Origin: Spirochaetia bacterium
GTDB lineage: Bacteria; Spirochaetota; Spirochaetia; SZUA-6; Bin103
DNA: 64,000 nt
Assembly: GCA_965203055.1 (NCBI GenBank)
Contig: OZ241863.1
Span: 2,185,313-2,249,312, forward strand
Direction: 5' to 3'
The notes beneath the pieces were generated by a model. The model did no database searches. It saw only the letters and a program-made list of their open reading frames with translations, and was not told the DNA's origin. Within the stretch, counting starts at the first letter, position 1. Every line of letters begins with the position of its first letter. Shown here in pieces: positions 53,016 through 61,505 of this stretch. The translations under genes were made by a program, and so were the position numbers.

Positions 53016-55984
53016 CCGACCGCGCCGCCCCGACGGTCAGCTACGGGCGCCTGCGGCCGCGCCGCGAACGCGGTCTGCCGGCGGCCGCGGCGATCCGCTA
53101 TCCGCTGACCGTGCTGTGGATCACGCTGCAGCGGATGGCGCGCAACTGGCGGCTGCTCGGAGCCCTGCTGGCCGGCCTGGTGCTGGTCGCCGGGCTTGCC
53201 GCGGCGGTGCCGATCTACACCTCCGCCGGCCTGCAGCGCAGCTTCATCGAGCATTGGCATCGGGAGGACGACTTCCGGCCGCCCTTCGCCGTCATCGTCG
53301 CGCACCGCAACAGCCGCCGCCGCGAACCGGTCACCGCCGAGCACCTGCAGCGCCTGCAGCGCTATCTGGACGGCGAGCTGCGCGGGCGGATCGGTCACCC
53401 TCCCCTCGCCACCTCCTTCTACGGCACCTTCGGCAGCGACTTCGTGCTGCTCAACGAGGCCGCCGACCCGGGCGGGCGCGCCACCCGCGCGGAGCTCTCC
53501 TTCATGAGCAACCTCGCCGCGCATGCCGACGTGCGCCTCGGCCGCTGGTACGCGGCGCGCGACGACGGCGTGCTGGAGGTGGTGGCCGACGAGAAGACCC
53601 TGGATGACCTGGAACTGGTGGTGGGCGGCCGCTACGTGTGGGCCTACCAGCTCCTGCCGGGCGAAGAGTTGACCGGCCTGCGCGTGGAGCCGTACCGGCA
53701 GCAGCGCTTCGCCCTGACGCCGATCGAAGTGGTGGGGATGTTTCAACCGGGCAACTCCGTTACCACCCGCGAATGGATCTATCCGCCGCTGCCGGGACGC
53801 CTGTTCATGCTGCCGGAGAGCTTCGCCGACCTGCAGCGCGCGGGACTGCGCACCTCCACCTTCGACCTGCAATGGGTGTTCGACGACCGGCTGGTGCGGG
53901 TCGATCAGCTCGGCGGCCTGATCGCCGACCTGCGGGCGGTCGAGGCGCGCGCCGCGGAGCTGGTCCCCTACACCACCGAGGACCCCAACACCAGGTATTG
54001 GCTGGCGCCGCTGGAGTTCTTCGAGCGCTTCCGGATCAGACTGGACCAGGTGGCGCTGTTCCTGTTCTCGCTGGCGGCCCCCACCATCGGCATGATCCTG
54101 GTGTACGTGATGCTGATCGCCGCCCTGGCGGTGGAACGGCGCGTGAACGAGATTTCGGTGCTGCACAGCCGCGGCGCCGGGCGCGTCCAGGTACTGGCCA
54201 GCTTTACCCTGGAGTGGATTCTGCTGGCCGCCGCGGCAGCGCTGATCGGCCCCCACCTGGGGCTCCTCATCGGCCGCCTGGTGGGCAACGCTCAGGGCTT
54301 TCTCCAGTTCACCGCCAATACCGGCGACCAGGCCGCGCAGCTCCCGCTGGTGGTCACCGAACAGTCGCAGCGCTTCGCGCTGCTGGCCACGCTGGTGGCG
54401 GTGGCGGCCGCGGTCGCCCCGGTGGTCGCCAGCTCCCGCTTTTCGATCGTGACCCTGCGCCAGGTGCAGGCGCGCGGCCTGCGGCGCTCCTTCTGGCACC
54501 GCTACTTCCTCGACGTGATCCTGCTCGGCCTCGCCTTCTACGGCTACAGCGCGCTGCGCTGGCAGCAGGTGCGGCTGGCCTCCGAGGCCACGGTGGATGC
54601 CGATCCGATCCTGTTCCTGGTGCCGGTGGCGTTCTTCATCGGCGGCGGGCTGCTGCTGCTGCGCCTCTATCCGCTGGCGATGTCCGGGCTCGGCTGGCTC
54701 AGCAACCGCTTCCGCGGCATCGTGCTGCAGCTCACCCTGCGCCGCCTGGGCCGCAGCAGCGGCCAGTACGTGTCGCTGCTGGTGCTGCTGATCCTGACCG
54801 TGGCGATGGGCATCTACAACGGCTCGGCGGCGCGCACCCTGCTGGCCAACTTCGAAGACCGCATCCGCTACCAACACGGGGCCGACCTGGTGGTGCGCGA
54901 GGCATGGGAGCCGCCGGAGGAGCTGCAGGCGGCCCAGCGCGGCGGGGCCCCCGCGCCCACCTCGCCCGATCAGCCGCGGCCCACCGCGGCCGCGGAGCCG
55001 CCATTCTTCAAGCGGCTGGAGATCGACGGCGTGGAAGCCGCGGCGCGGGTACTGATGCGCCGCGCCGAGGCGCGCAACGCCTCGCTGCACGCCGGCTCGG
55101 TCACCATGATGGCGATCATGCCGCACGAGTTCGCGCCGGTCGCCTGGCGCCGCAGCGACCTGTTCGCCCCCTACCACTTCTACGACTACCTGATTCAGCT
55201 CGGCAAGCACCGCGAGGGCGCCCTGGTCAGCTCGGAGCTGCAGCGCCGCGGCAAGCTGAAGCTGGGCGACCGGCTCACCATCAACTACAACAACCAGCCA
55301 ATCGAGACCTACGTCGTGGGCACGCTGCCCTATTGGCCGTCGCTGAACCCGGAACGGCGCCCGTTCGTGATCCTCAATCTCGATCACGTGCAGGACTTCA
55401 CCGCGCTGGAACCGTACGACTCGTGGTACACGGTGGCCTCGCCGGAGCTCATTCCCCAAATCAAGGAGCGGCTGCCGTCGATGGGGGTGTGGCCGCAGGA
55501 ACTGCTCGATACCGAGAAGATCCTCGCCGAGCTGCACCGGGAGCCGTACCGGCGCGGCTTCTTCGGCATCCTCACGATCGGCTTCCTGGCCGCGGCGGTG
55601 GTGGCGGTGCTGGCCTTCGTGGTGTACACCATCTATGCCACCCGCCAGCGGCTGATCCAGTTCGGGGCGCTGCGCGCCAACGGTCTGTCGCTGTTGCAGA
55701 CCCTCGGCGTGGTCGGTCTGGAACAGGCGCTGACGGTCGGCATCGGGCTGGCGATCGGCATCGGCGCCGGCAACGCCGCCACCACGCTGTTCCTGCCGTT
55801 CCTGCGCGACCGCGCCAGCGAGACGCAGCCGGTGCCGCCGTTCCTGATCGTCACCGACCTGACCGATCTGACCCGGATCGTGGCCATCGTCAGCGCCGCG
55901 TTTCTGGCCGGCGTGGTCGCCCTGGCGCTGTTCCTGGTGCGCGCCCGGTTGGCCAGCGCCCTGCGGCTCGGCGAGGAGGCGTAG
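53012..55984 (+). CDS. ABC transporter permease with two FtsX-like domains (MacB/DevC-like)
   Basis: 991 aa from the GTG at 53012: ...WITLQRMARNWRLLGALLAGLVLVAG..., two 4-TM FtsX-type modules (...GMILVYVMLIAALAVERRVNEISVLHSRGAG... and ...VYTIYATRQRLIQFGALRANGLS...) separated by large extracytoplasmic regions. The 1653-aa antisense ORF 52892..57853 is judged spurious. Confidence 0.8.
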   Translation: MTDRAAPTVSYGRLRPRRERGLPAAAAIRYPLTVLWITLQRMARNWRLLGALLAGLVLVAGLAAAVPIYTSAGLQRSFIEHWHREDDFRPPFAVIVAHRNSRRREPVTAEHLQRLQRYLDGELRGRIGHPPLATSFYGTFGSDFVLLNEAADPGGRATRAELSFMSNLAAHADVRLGRWYAARDDGVLEVVADEKTLDDLELVVGGRYVWAYQLLPGEELTGLRVEPYRQQRFALTPIEVVGMFQPGNSVTTREWIYPPLPGRLFMLPESFADLQRAGLRTSTFDLQWVFDDRLVRVDQLGGLIADLRAVEARAAELVPYTTEDPNTRYWLAPLEFFERFRIRLDQVALFLFSLAAPTIGMILVYVMLIAALAVERRVNEISVLHSRGAGRVQVLASFTLEWILLAAAAALIGPHLGLLIGRLVGNAQGFLQFTANTGDQAAQLPLVVTEQSQRFALLATLVAVAAAVAPVVASSRFSIVTLRQVQARGLRRSFWHRYFLDVILLGLAFYGYSALRWQQVRLASEATVDADPILFLVPVAFFIGGGLLLLRLYPLAMSGLGWLSNRFRGIVLQLTLRRLGRSSGQYVSLLVLLILTVAMGIYNGSAARTLLANFEDRIRYQHGADLVVREAWEPPEELQAAQRGGAPAPTSPDQPRPTAAAEPPFFKRLEIDGVEAAARVLMRRAEARNASLHAGSVTMMAIMPHEFAPVAWRRSDLFAPYHFYDYLIQLGKHREGALVSSELQRRGKLKLGDRLTINYNNQPIETYVVGTLPYWPSLNPERRPFVILNLDHVQDFTALEPYDSWYTVASPELIPQIKERLPSMGVWPQELLDTEKILAELHREPYRRGFFGILTIGFLAAAVVAVLAFVVYTIYATRQRLIQFGALRANGLSLLQTLGVVGLEQALTVGIGLAIGIGAGNAATTLFLPFLRDRASETQPVPPFLIVTDLTDLTRIVAIVSAAFLAGVVALALFLVRARLASALRLGEEA

Positions 55985-55993
55985 CGCGCGAGC

Positions 55994-56986
55994 ATGGCCG
56001 CGGACGACTTCATTCGCTGCGAGGGTCTGGTCAAGATCTACAAGATCGAGGACGTGGAGGTGGTGGCGCTGCAGGGGCTGGACCTCACCATCCGGCGCGG
56101 CGAGGTGATGGGCATCATCGGTCCCAGCGGCAGCGGCAAGACTACCCTGATGAACGTCCTCGGCGGGCTGGACGTGCCGTCCGCCGGCAAGGCGGTGGTG
56201 GACGGCGTCGACCTGATCCGCATCTCGGAGCGGCAGCGGCTGCGCTACCGGCGCCGCAGCGTCGGCTTCGTGTGGCAGAACGTGGGCCGCAACCTGATCC
56301 CCTACCTCAGCGCGCTGGAAAACGTGCAACTGCCGATGATCCTGTCGGGCCGCTTCGACCACCGCCGGGCGCAGCGGCTGCTGGAGCTGGTCGGTCTCGG
56401 CCACCGCCTGAACCACCGGCCGGTGACCATGTCGGGCGGCGAACAGCAGCGGGTGGCGATCGCCATCGGTCTGGCCAACGAGCCGCCGGTGCTGCTGGCC
56501 GACGAGCCTACCGGTTCGCTCGATACCGAGAACACGATCCGGCTGCTGGAGGTGTTCGACACGGTGCGCACCGAGTTGGGGGTGACGGTGGTGATCGTCA
56601 CGCACGATACGTCGATGGCGCGGGTGCTGGATCGGTACGTGCAGATCCGGGACGGCAAGACCAGCACCGAGTCGGTGCGGCGGGTGGCGGTCACCTACAC
56701 CGAGCGGGGCACCGCCGAAGCGGCGGCGGCGCTGCAGGCCGGCGCGGACGGCGCCGCCGCGGCGGCCGGGGCGGCGAGCGGCGGGGCGGATGACTCCGGC
56801 GCGGCCCAGGCTGACGGCGCCGGCAGCGCGGGCGCGGAGGACGCCAGCCACGAGCACTTCACGTTGCTGGATTCGGCCGGGCGGCTGCAGATCCCGGCGG
56901 ACATGCGCGACGCCTACCGTATCGGCGGGCGCGTGAAGCTGGTGGAAGAGGAGGGCCGCATCCTCATCGTCCCCGACGAGCGGTAG
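55994..56986 (+). CDS. Second ABC transporter ATP-binding protein (with Ala/Gly-rich C-terminal tail)
   Basis: Walker [17 protein letters not shown], signature [15 protein letters not shown], Walker [13 protein letters not shown]-loop VTHD; about 90 aa of low-complexity C-terminal tail. Confidence 0.85.
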   Translation: MAADDFIRCEGLVKIYKIEDVEVVALQGLDLTIRRGEVMGIIGPSGSGKTTLMNVLGGLDVPSAGKAVVDGVDLIRISERQRLRYRRRSVGFVWQNVGRNLIPYLSALENVQLPMILSGRFDHRRAQRLLELVGLGHRLNHRPVTMSGGEQQRVAIAIGLANEPPVLLADEPTGSLDTENTIRLLEVFDTVRTELGVTVVIVTHDTSMARVLDRYVQIRDGKTSTESVRRVAVTYTERGTAEAAAALQAGADGAAAAAGAASGGADDSGAAQADGAGSAGAEDASHEHFTLLDSAGRLQIPADMRDAYRIGGRVKLVEEEGRILIVPDER

Positions 56987-57007
56987 CGGGCCGCGGGAGC
57001 GCGCGCC

Positions 57008-58405
57008 ATGACCCGGTTCCCGGAGCGCTTTCGGCGGGGCGCCGCGGGCGCCGCGCAGCCGCGGCGCGCGGCGCTGGAGGCCTTCTTCGCCGCCGGGGTG
57101 AAGCGCGTCGACCCGGAGGCGATGGTCGCCGCGCGCCTGCGCCTGCAGGGCGGAACCCTTGTCGTAGACGCCGGCGGCGGCCCGCTGAGCGTCGACCTGG
57201 AGCAGTTTCGCGCCCTGCGGCTGCTGGCGGTCGGCAAGGCCGCGGGGGCGATGGCGCGCGGGGTGGAGGCGCTGCTGGGCGAACGGATCGGCGGCGGGGT
57301 GGCGGTCACCAAACGCGGTCACGAACGCCGCGGCGGCGGGCTGCGCCGCATCCGGCTGCTGGAGGCCGGCCATCCGGTGCCGGACCGGGACAGCGTAGCC
57401 GCGGGCCGGGCGCTGGCCGCCGAGTGCCGGGACGCGGGCGCGGACACGCTGCTGATCAGCGTGCTGTCGGGCGGCGGCTCGGCGCTGCTGGCAGCTCCGG
57501 CCGCGGGCGTCACCCTGGCCGACAAGCAGGAGACCACGCGCCTGCTGCTGGCGGCCGGGGCCACCATCGGGGAGCTGAACTGCGTGCGCAAGCACCTGTC
57601 CGCCCTCAAGGGAGGGCGCCTGGCGGAACTGATGTACCCGGCCCACTCGCTCAACCTGATTCTGTCGGACGTGGTGGGCGACCGGCTCGACATCATCGCT
57701 TCCGGGATTACCGCCCCGGACCCCACCACCTTTGCCGACGCGGCCGCGACCCTGCGCCGCTACGGGCTGTGGGAGGCGGCGCCGGCGGCGGTGCGCGGCG
57801 TCCTGGAGGCCGGCTTGGCCGGCGCCCTGGCCGACACGCCCGGCGCCGCGCATCCGGCCTTCGCGCGCACCCGCAACGTACTCCTCGGCTCCGGGCGGGC
57901 GGCGGTGGCGGCCGCCGCGGACGCCGCCCGCGGCGCCGGCTATGACACGCTGGTGCTGACCACCCAGCTCACCGGCGAGGCGCGCGAGATCGCCAAGGTG
58001 TTCTACGGCATGGCGCGCGACCTCCGCAGCGGGCGCCTGGCGCTGCGCCTGCCCGCCTGCGTGGTGGCCGGCGGCGAGACCACGGTGACCGTCACCGGCA
58101 GCGGCCGCGGCGGCCGCTGCCAGGAGCTGGCGGCGGCGTTCCTGGCCGAGCTGGCCGCCGACTCCGACCCGCCGCTCGGCGCCACCCTGCTGGCCGCCGG
58201 CACCGACGGCAACGACGGCCCCACCGACGCCGCCGGCGCCTTCGCCGACGCCGCCGCGCTGGCCGCCGGGGGCGCCTCAGATCCGCGCGCCGCGCTCGCC
58301 GGCAACGACTCCTACCACTTCTGCAAGGCGTGCTCGGCGCTGTTCCAACCGGGCCCGACCAACACCAACGTCGCCGACCTCTACCTGCTCACCGTCCACC
58401 CGTAG
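57008..58405 (+). CDS. Glycerate kinase (MOFRL/glycerate 2-kinase, TtuD family)
   Basis: ...LLAVGKAAGAMA..., ...GHPVPD..., ...LISVLSGGGSALL..., ...LNCVRKHLSALKGGRL..., ...LILSDVVGD..., ...AGTDGNDGPTD... are hallmark MOFRL-family motifs. Confidence 0.85.
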   Translation: MTRFPERFRRGAAGAAQPRRAALEAFFAAGVKRVDPEAMVAARLRLQGGTLVVDAGGGPLSVDLEQFRALRLLAVGKAAGAMARGVEALLGERIGGGVAVTKRGHERRGGGLRRIRLLEAGHPVPDRDSVAAGRALAAECRDAGADTLLISVLSGGGSALLAAPAAGVTLADKQETTRLLLAAGATIGELNCVRKHLSALKGGRLAELMYPAHSLNLILSDVVGDRLDIIASGITAPDPTTFADAAATLRRYGLWEAAPAAVRGVLEAGLAGALADTPGAAHPAFARTRNVLLGSGRAAVAAAADAARGAGYDTLVLTTQLTGEAREIAKVFYGMARDLRSGRLALRLPACVVAGGETTVTVTGSGRGGRCQELAAAFLAELAADSDPPLGATLLAAGTDGNDGPTDAAGAFADAAALAAGGASDPRAALAGNDSYHFCKACSALFQPGPTNTNVADLYLLTVHP

Positions 58406-58431
58406 CCGGGGGAAGGAATCGGTCACGGCGG

Positions 58432-59718
58432 ATGAAGTGGCACGAGAAGCGCATCGAGGAGATCGCCGAGAAGGTAGCAATGGGTCCGTTCGGGTCAGCC
58501 ATTCGCGTCCGTACGTTCGTGCCGGACGGCGTACCGATAATCAGCGGTCAGCATCTCCATGGAATGAGGGTCGACGACAGCCCGGGATTCAACTTCATCA
58601 CTGAAGAACACGCGAAGCGGCTGAGGACCGCGAACGTAGAACGGGGCGACGTAGTATTCACTCACGCTGGAAACATCGGTCAGGTGTCCTACGTGCCAGA
58701 GGCATCTGCCTACGATCGCTACGTTATTTCCCAGCGTCAGTTCTACATGCGCTGTGATCGACGCCAAGTGCTCCCGCAGTTCGTGACGTATTACTTCAAG
58801 ACACCTGAAGGCCGGCACAAGTTACTTGCGAACACGTCCCAGGTTGGCGTCCCATCGATAGCGCAGCCGGTCTCCTATCTTCGCTCCATATCGATACCGC
58901 TGCCGCCCCTCGACGTGCAATGCGCCATCGTCCGCGTACTTGAACCACTTGACGAAAATATCGAGCTGAACCGCCGCATGAACGACACGCTGGAGGCAAT
59001 GGTGCGAGCGCTGTTCAAGTCGTGGTTCGTAGACTACGAGCCGGTACGCGCCAAAGTGGACGGCCGCAGCACCGGCTTGCCGAAGCAGATCGCCGATCTG
59101 TTCCCCGATGCGATGACCGGCTCCGAAGTCGGGCAGCTCCCGGAAGGGTGGCGCGTTGGCTGCGTTGGGGATGTCGTGAGCGCCAAGCGCCAGGGCGTAG
59201 ATACGAAGGTTCTGCGGGCCTGCTTGCCGTACATTGGTCTTGAACACATGCCGCGCCGGTCAATCGCCATAGCTGAATGGGGAAGCTCAGACGAGGTTTC
59301 GAGTAGCAAGTTCGCGTTCTCGAAGGGCGAGCTGCTCTTTGGCAAGCTCAGGCCCTACTTCCGCAAGGCCGGTCTGGCGCCGGTCAGCGGCGTGTGTTCC
59401 ACTGATATTGTCGTTATGTGCCCCAAGAAGATCATGTGGTCGGCGTTCGCGTTGATGGTGATTTCGTCAGCCGAGTTCGTCAACTATGCAGACCGGACTT
59501 CAACCGGGACGAGAATGCCCCGAACGAGTTGGAAGACGATGAAGTCCTATCCGCTTGCCTTGCCTTCTGAGCGAGTTGCAAGAGCGTTCCAGAACGTCGT
59601 CGGTCCCATGTTGGAGCGGATCGTTGCCAACGTTCACGGCAATCAGAAATTGCGGGGCATGCGCGACCTGCTGCTCCCGGAACTGGTCTCCGGAGCGTTG
59701 CCGGTGACAGCGAAGTGA
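58432..59718 (+). CDS. hsdS: Type I restriction-modification specificity subunit (HsdS), orphan
   Basis: From the ATG at 58432: two target-recognition domains, each followed by conserved-region motifs (...FVTYYFKTPEGRHKLLANTSQVGVPSIAQPVSYLRSISIPLPPLDVQCAIVRVLEPLDENIE... and ...SWKTMKSYPLALPSERVARAFQNVVGPMLERIVANVHGNQKLRGMRDLLLPELVSG). GC is visibly lower than the core. No hsdM or hsdR in the window. Confidence 0.8.
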   Translation: MKWHEKRIEEIAEKVAMGPFGSAIRVRTFVPDGVPIISGQHLHGMRVDDSPGFNFITEEHAKRLRTANVERGDVVFTHAGNIGQVSYVPEASAYDRYVISQRQFYMRCDRRQVLPQFVTYYFKTPEGRHKLLANTSQVGVPSIAQPVSYLRSISIPLPPLDVQCAIVRVLEPLDENIELNRRMNDTLEAMVRALFKSWFVDYEPVRAKVDGRSTGLPKQIADLFPDAMTGSEVGQLPEGWRVGCVGDVVSAKRQGVDTKVLRACLPYIGLEHMPRRSIAIAEWGSSDEVSSSKFAFSKGELLFGKLRPYFRKAGLAPVSGVCSTDIVVMCPKKIMWSAFALMVISSAEFVNYADRTSTGTRMPRTSWKTMKSYPLALPSERVARAFQNVVGPMLERIVANVHGNQKLRGMRDLLLPELVSGALPVTAK

Positions 59719-59839
59719 CGAAGGAAGCAGATAGTCGTTCGTTGCCGAGGTGTTGCTACCGGACTGACTCGCGGCGGCCCTCCGGTCGGCGCACGCTACC
59801 GGCTACGGGCCTCGCGACAGCCGCCCGTCAGCCAACCAC

Positions 59840-59868
59840 TTGACAATCTCTGCATGTGCCGATAAGAT
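59840..59868 (+). promoter_or_regulatory. Near-consensus sigma70 promoter (TTGACA-17-TAAGAT)
   Basis: ttgaca (59840-45), 17-nt spacer, taagat (59863-68). It lies upstream of the Rpn-C-terminal remnant ORFs. Confidence 0.45.
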
Positions 59869-60009
59869 AGCGGCAGGATAACGTTCCATTTGGGAGAGCA
59901 GAATGACAGGGAAGCCAAGGGAGGCAGCGACGACAGAGCATCCATCTTCGGGGTGGCGAAGACGCGGCTGCCGGGGTATTTGGGTACCTTCTCCCTGGCT
60001 TCGGTATCC

Positions 60010-60324
60010 ATGCTCGTCTATTCGATATGGCATGGTTGGGACGGTATTGAGAATATCATAAGGCTCTATTCCGGGCTATTGAGTCGATATATTCCCACGG
60101 TTGTCGCGATGCTGATCACCGTGGAGGGAGGCATTATGGGAGGAACAGCTCTTCTACTCAAACTCCAGCGCCGTAAGGCCAGAGAGGAAGGCAGGGAGGA
60201 AGGCCGTCAGCAGGGCCGCCAGGAAGGCCGTCAGGAAGGCATCGAGAGAGCCATCCAGATACTGGAGCAGTCCGGTAAGAGCGACGAAGCCCGGCTTCTG
60301 CGGGAATCCAACGGGAACCCATAG
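60010..60324 (+). pseudogene. Remnant of an Rpn-family gene C-terminus (copy A; contains 62-codon ORF 60136..60324 with GGAGGGAGG RBS)
   Basis: ...GGIMGGTALLLKLQRRKAREEGREEGRQQGRQEGRQEGIERAIQILEQSGKSDEARLL... parallels the C-terminus of the Rpn protein at 25707..26750 (...GGEVMTYVHKMIDEGIREGIREARREARRE...) and the Rpn/YhgA C-terminal EGIEQG-repeat module. Confidence 0.5.
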
Positions 60325-60534
60325 ATTGTATTGTAGGGCTCTATTCCGGACTGCTGGATCACCGTGGAGGGAGGCATTATGAGAGGAACAGATCTTCTAC
60401 TCAAACTCCAGCGCCGTAAGGCCAGGGAGGAAGGCCGCCAAGAAGGCATCGAGAAGGCGATCCGGATACTGGAGCAGGCCGGTATGAGCGACGAAGCCCG
60501 GCTTCTTCGGGAATTCAACGACTGGCGCCCATAG
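60111..60534 (+). repeat. Tandem duplication (two copies, about 215 and about 175 bp) of the Rpn C-terminal remnant, each with its own RBS and ATG
   Basis: atcaccgtggagggaggcattatgggagg... (60116..) recurs as atcaccgtggagggaggcattatgagagg... (60358..). The second copy has internal deletions and ends at cccatag (60534), matching the first copy's cccatag (60324). Confidence 0.75.
60379..60534 (+). pseudogene. Rpn C-terminal remnant copy B (51-codon ORF)
   Basis: MRGTDLLLKLQRRKAREEGRQEGIEKAIRILEQAGMSDEARLLREFNDWRP. Confidence 0.45.
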
Positions 60535-60601
60535 CGCCTTCGTGGGCAGATATCGCCGAACAACCCACTGTATGAAAACTGTGGCTGAAGTGCGGCCACT
60601 T

Positions 60602-61318
60602 TCATGTCCTGCGAACTACTAGGATGTAACCAAATCTCAGGCTGTCGACGCGCAGGACTCGGCACGAATTCGACTCGTTCAGATGTTCCAGAACCACTCT
60701 CCAATCGAATCCGAGGTGCTGTCCCCAGCCGTCTGCCTCCGGGTCCCGAAACACCGAGACCGATTTTCCCGTGAGGAGGTGCCGCACATAATCGGCTTCG
60801 CTCCGCTCACGGAAGAAGCTGTCATAGGGCCGTCGCCGGACGACCTTTCTCGCAACGTACTTGAACAACCCAGGCAGGCCGATCTCGTTCGGTACCGAGA
60901 TGATCAGGGTCCCGCCGGGCTTGCATGAGGCGAGCAGCGTTTCAATCGCATTGTGGACCTTGCCTACATGCTCCAAGGTCTCGAAGCAGGTTACGATGTC
61001 GAACAGTCGCTCGCGGGCGCGCGGCGGCTCGTTGAGATCGACGTATCCGAAGACCGCGTTGCGGATGTTGCGGGACCTCGCTGCGGCCAGCAACTCGGTC
61101 GAGTGGTCAAAGCCGAACAGATTCATCGAACCAGCCTCGGGCAGCGCTCGCAACAGCTCGGCGAAGAAGAACCCGTTCGAGCACCCGAAGTCAGCTATAC
61201 CCCCCCCCCCCCCCGGTAACGGCAGCGACCGTATCGTGTCGAGAATGCGACGCAGCCGGGTACGATGAAAAAAGCTGAACGGATGGAGTCCCCGGTATGA
61301 TCGCTCGTGTACGAACAC
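60602..61318 (-). CDS. Class I SAM-dependent methyltransferase
   Basis: ...IADFGCSNGFF... (motif I, GxGxG-like), ...FDIVTCFETLEHV..., ...PGGTLIISVP... . Lower GC. Contains a 15-nt homopolymeric tract. Confidence 0.7.
   Translation of the reverse strand: MFVHERSYRGLHPFSFFHRTRLRRILDTIRSLPLPGGGGGIADFGCSNGFFFAELLRALPEAGSMNLFGFDHSTELLAAARSRNIRNAVFGYVDLNEPPRARERLFDIVTCFETLEHVGKVHNAIETLLASCKPGGTLIISVPNEIGLPGLFKYVARKVVRRRPYDSFFRERSEADYVRHLLTGKSVSVFRDPEADGWGQHLGFDWRVVLEHLNESNSCRVLRVDSLRFGYILVVRRT
61200..61214. repeat. Homopolymeric C15 tract (G15 on the coding strand; encodes Pro-Gly5) inside the SAM-MTase gene
   Basis: Direct count: tatac + cccccccccc + cccc + ggtaac. A +/-1 change would shift the frame shortly after the start codon. 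Confidence 0.8.
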
Positions 61319-61505
61319 CTCCGGAACCTACCGCACGGCCCGGCAGGCTACAAGGTACGTGCGGCCAGGACCAACGGTGGGAGCGCCGCCGCCGCCGGGC
61401 GGCCGCGTCAGCTTGACGGCGGATCGGGCGGCCTCTACCATCGGCGGCGGAGCATAGGGCGGCGTACCTGCTTTCGGAACACGCCGCCTGTAAGGAGATA
61501 CGACG

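Noticed and set aside
51683-57853. 1433-aa + ORF N-terminal extension (51683..53011) and 1653-aa - ORF 52892..57853
   Set aside because: The + ORF is real only from the GTG at 53012 (the FtsX permease). The giant minus ORF is antisense to four genes with clear ABC and MOFRL motifs.
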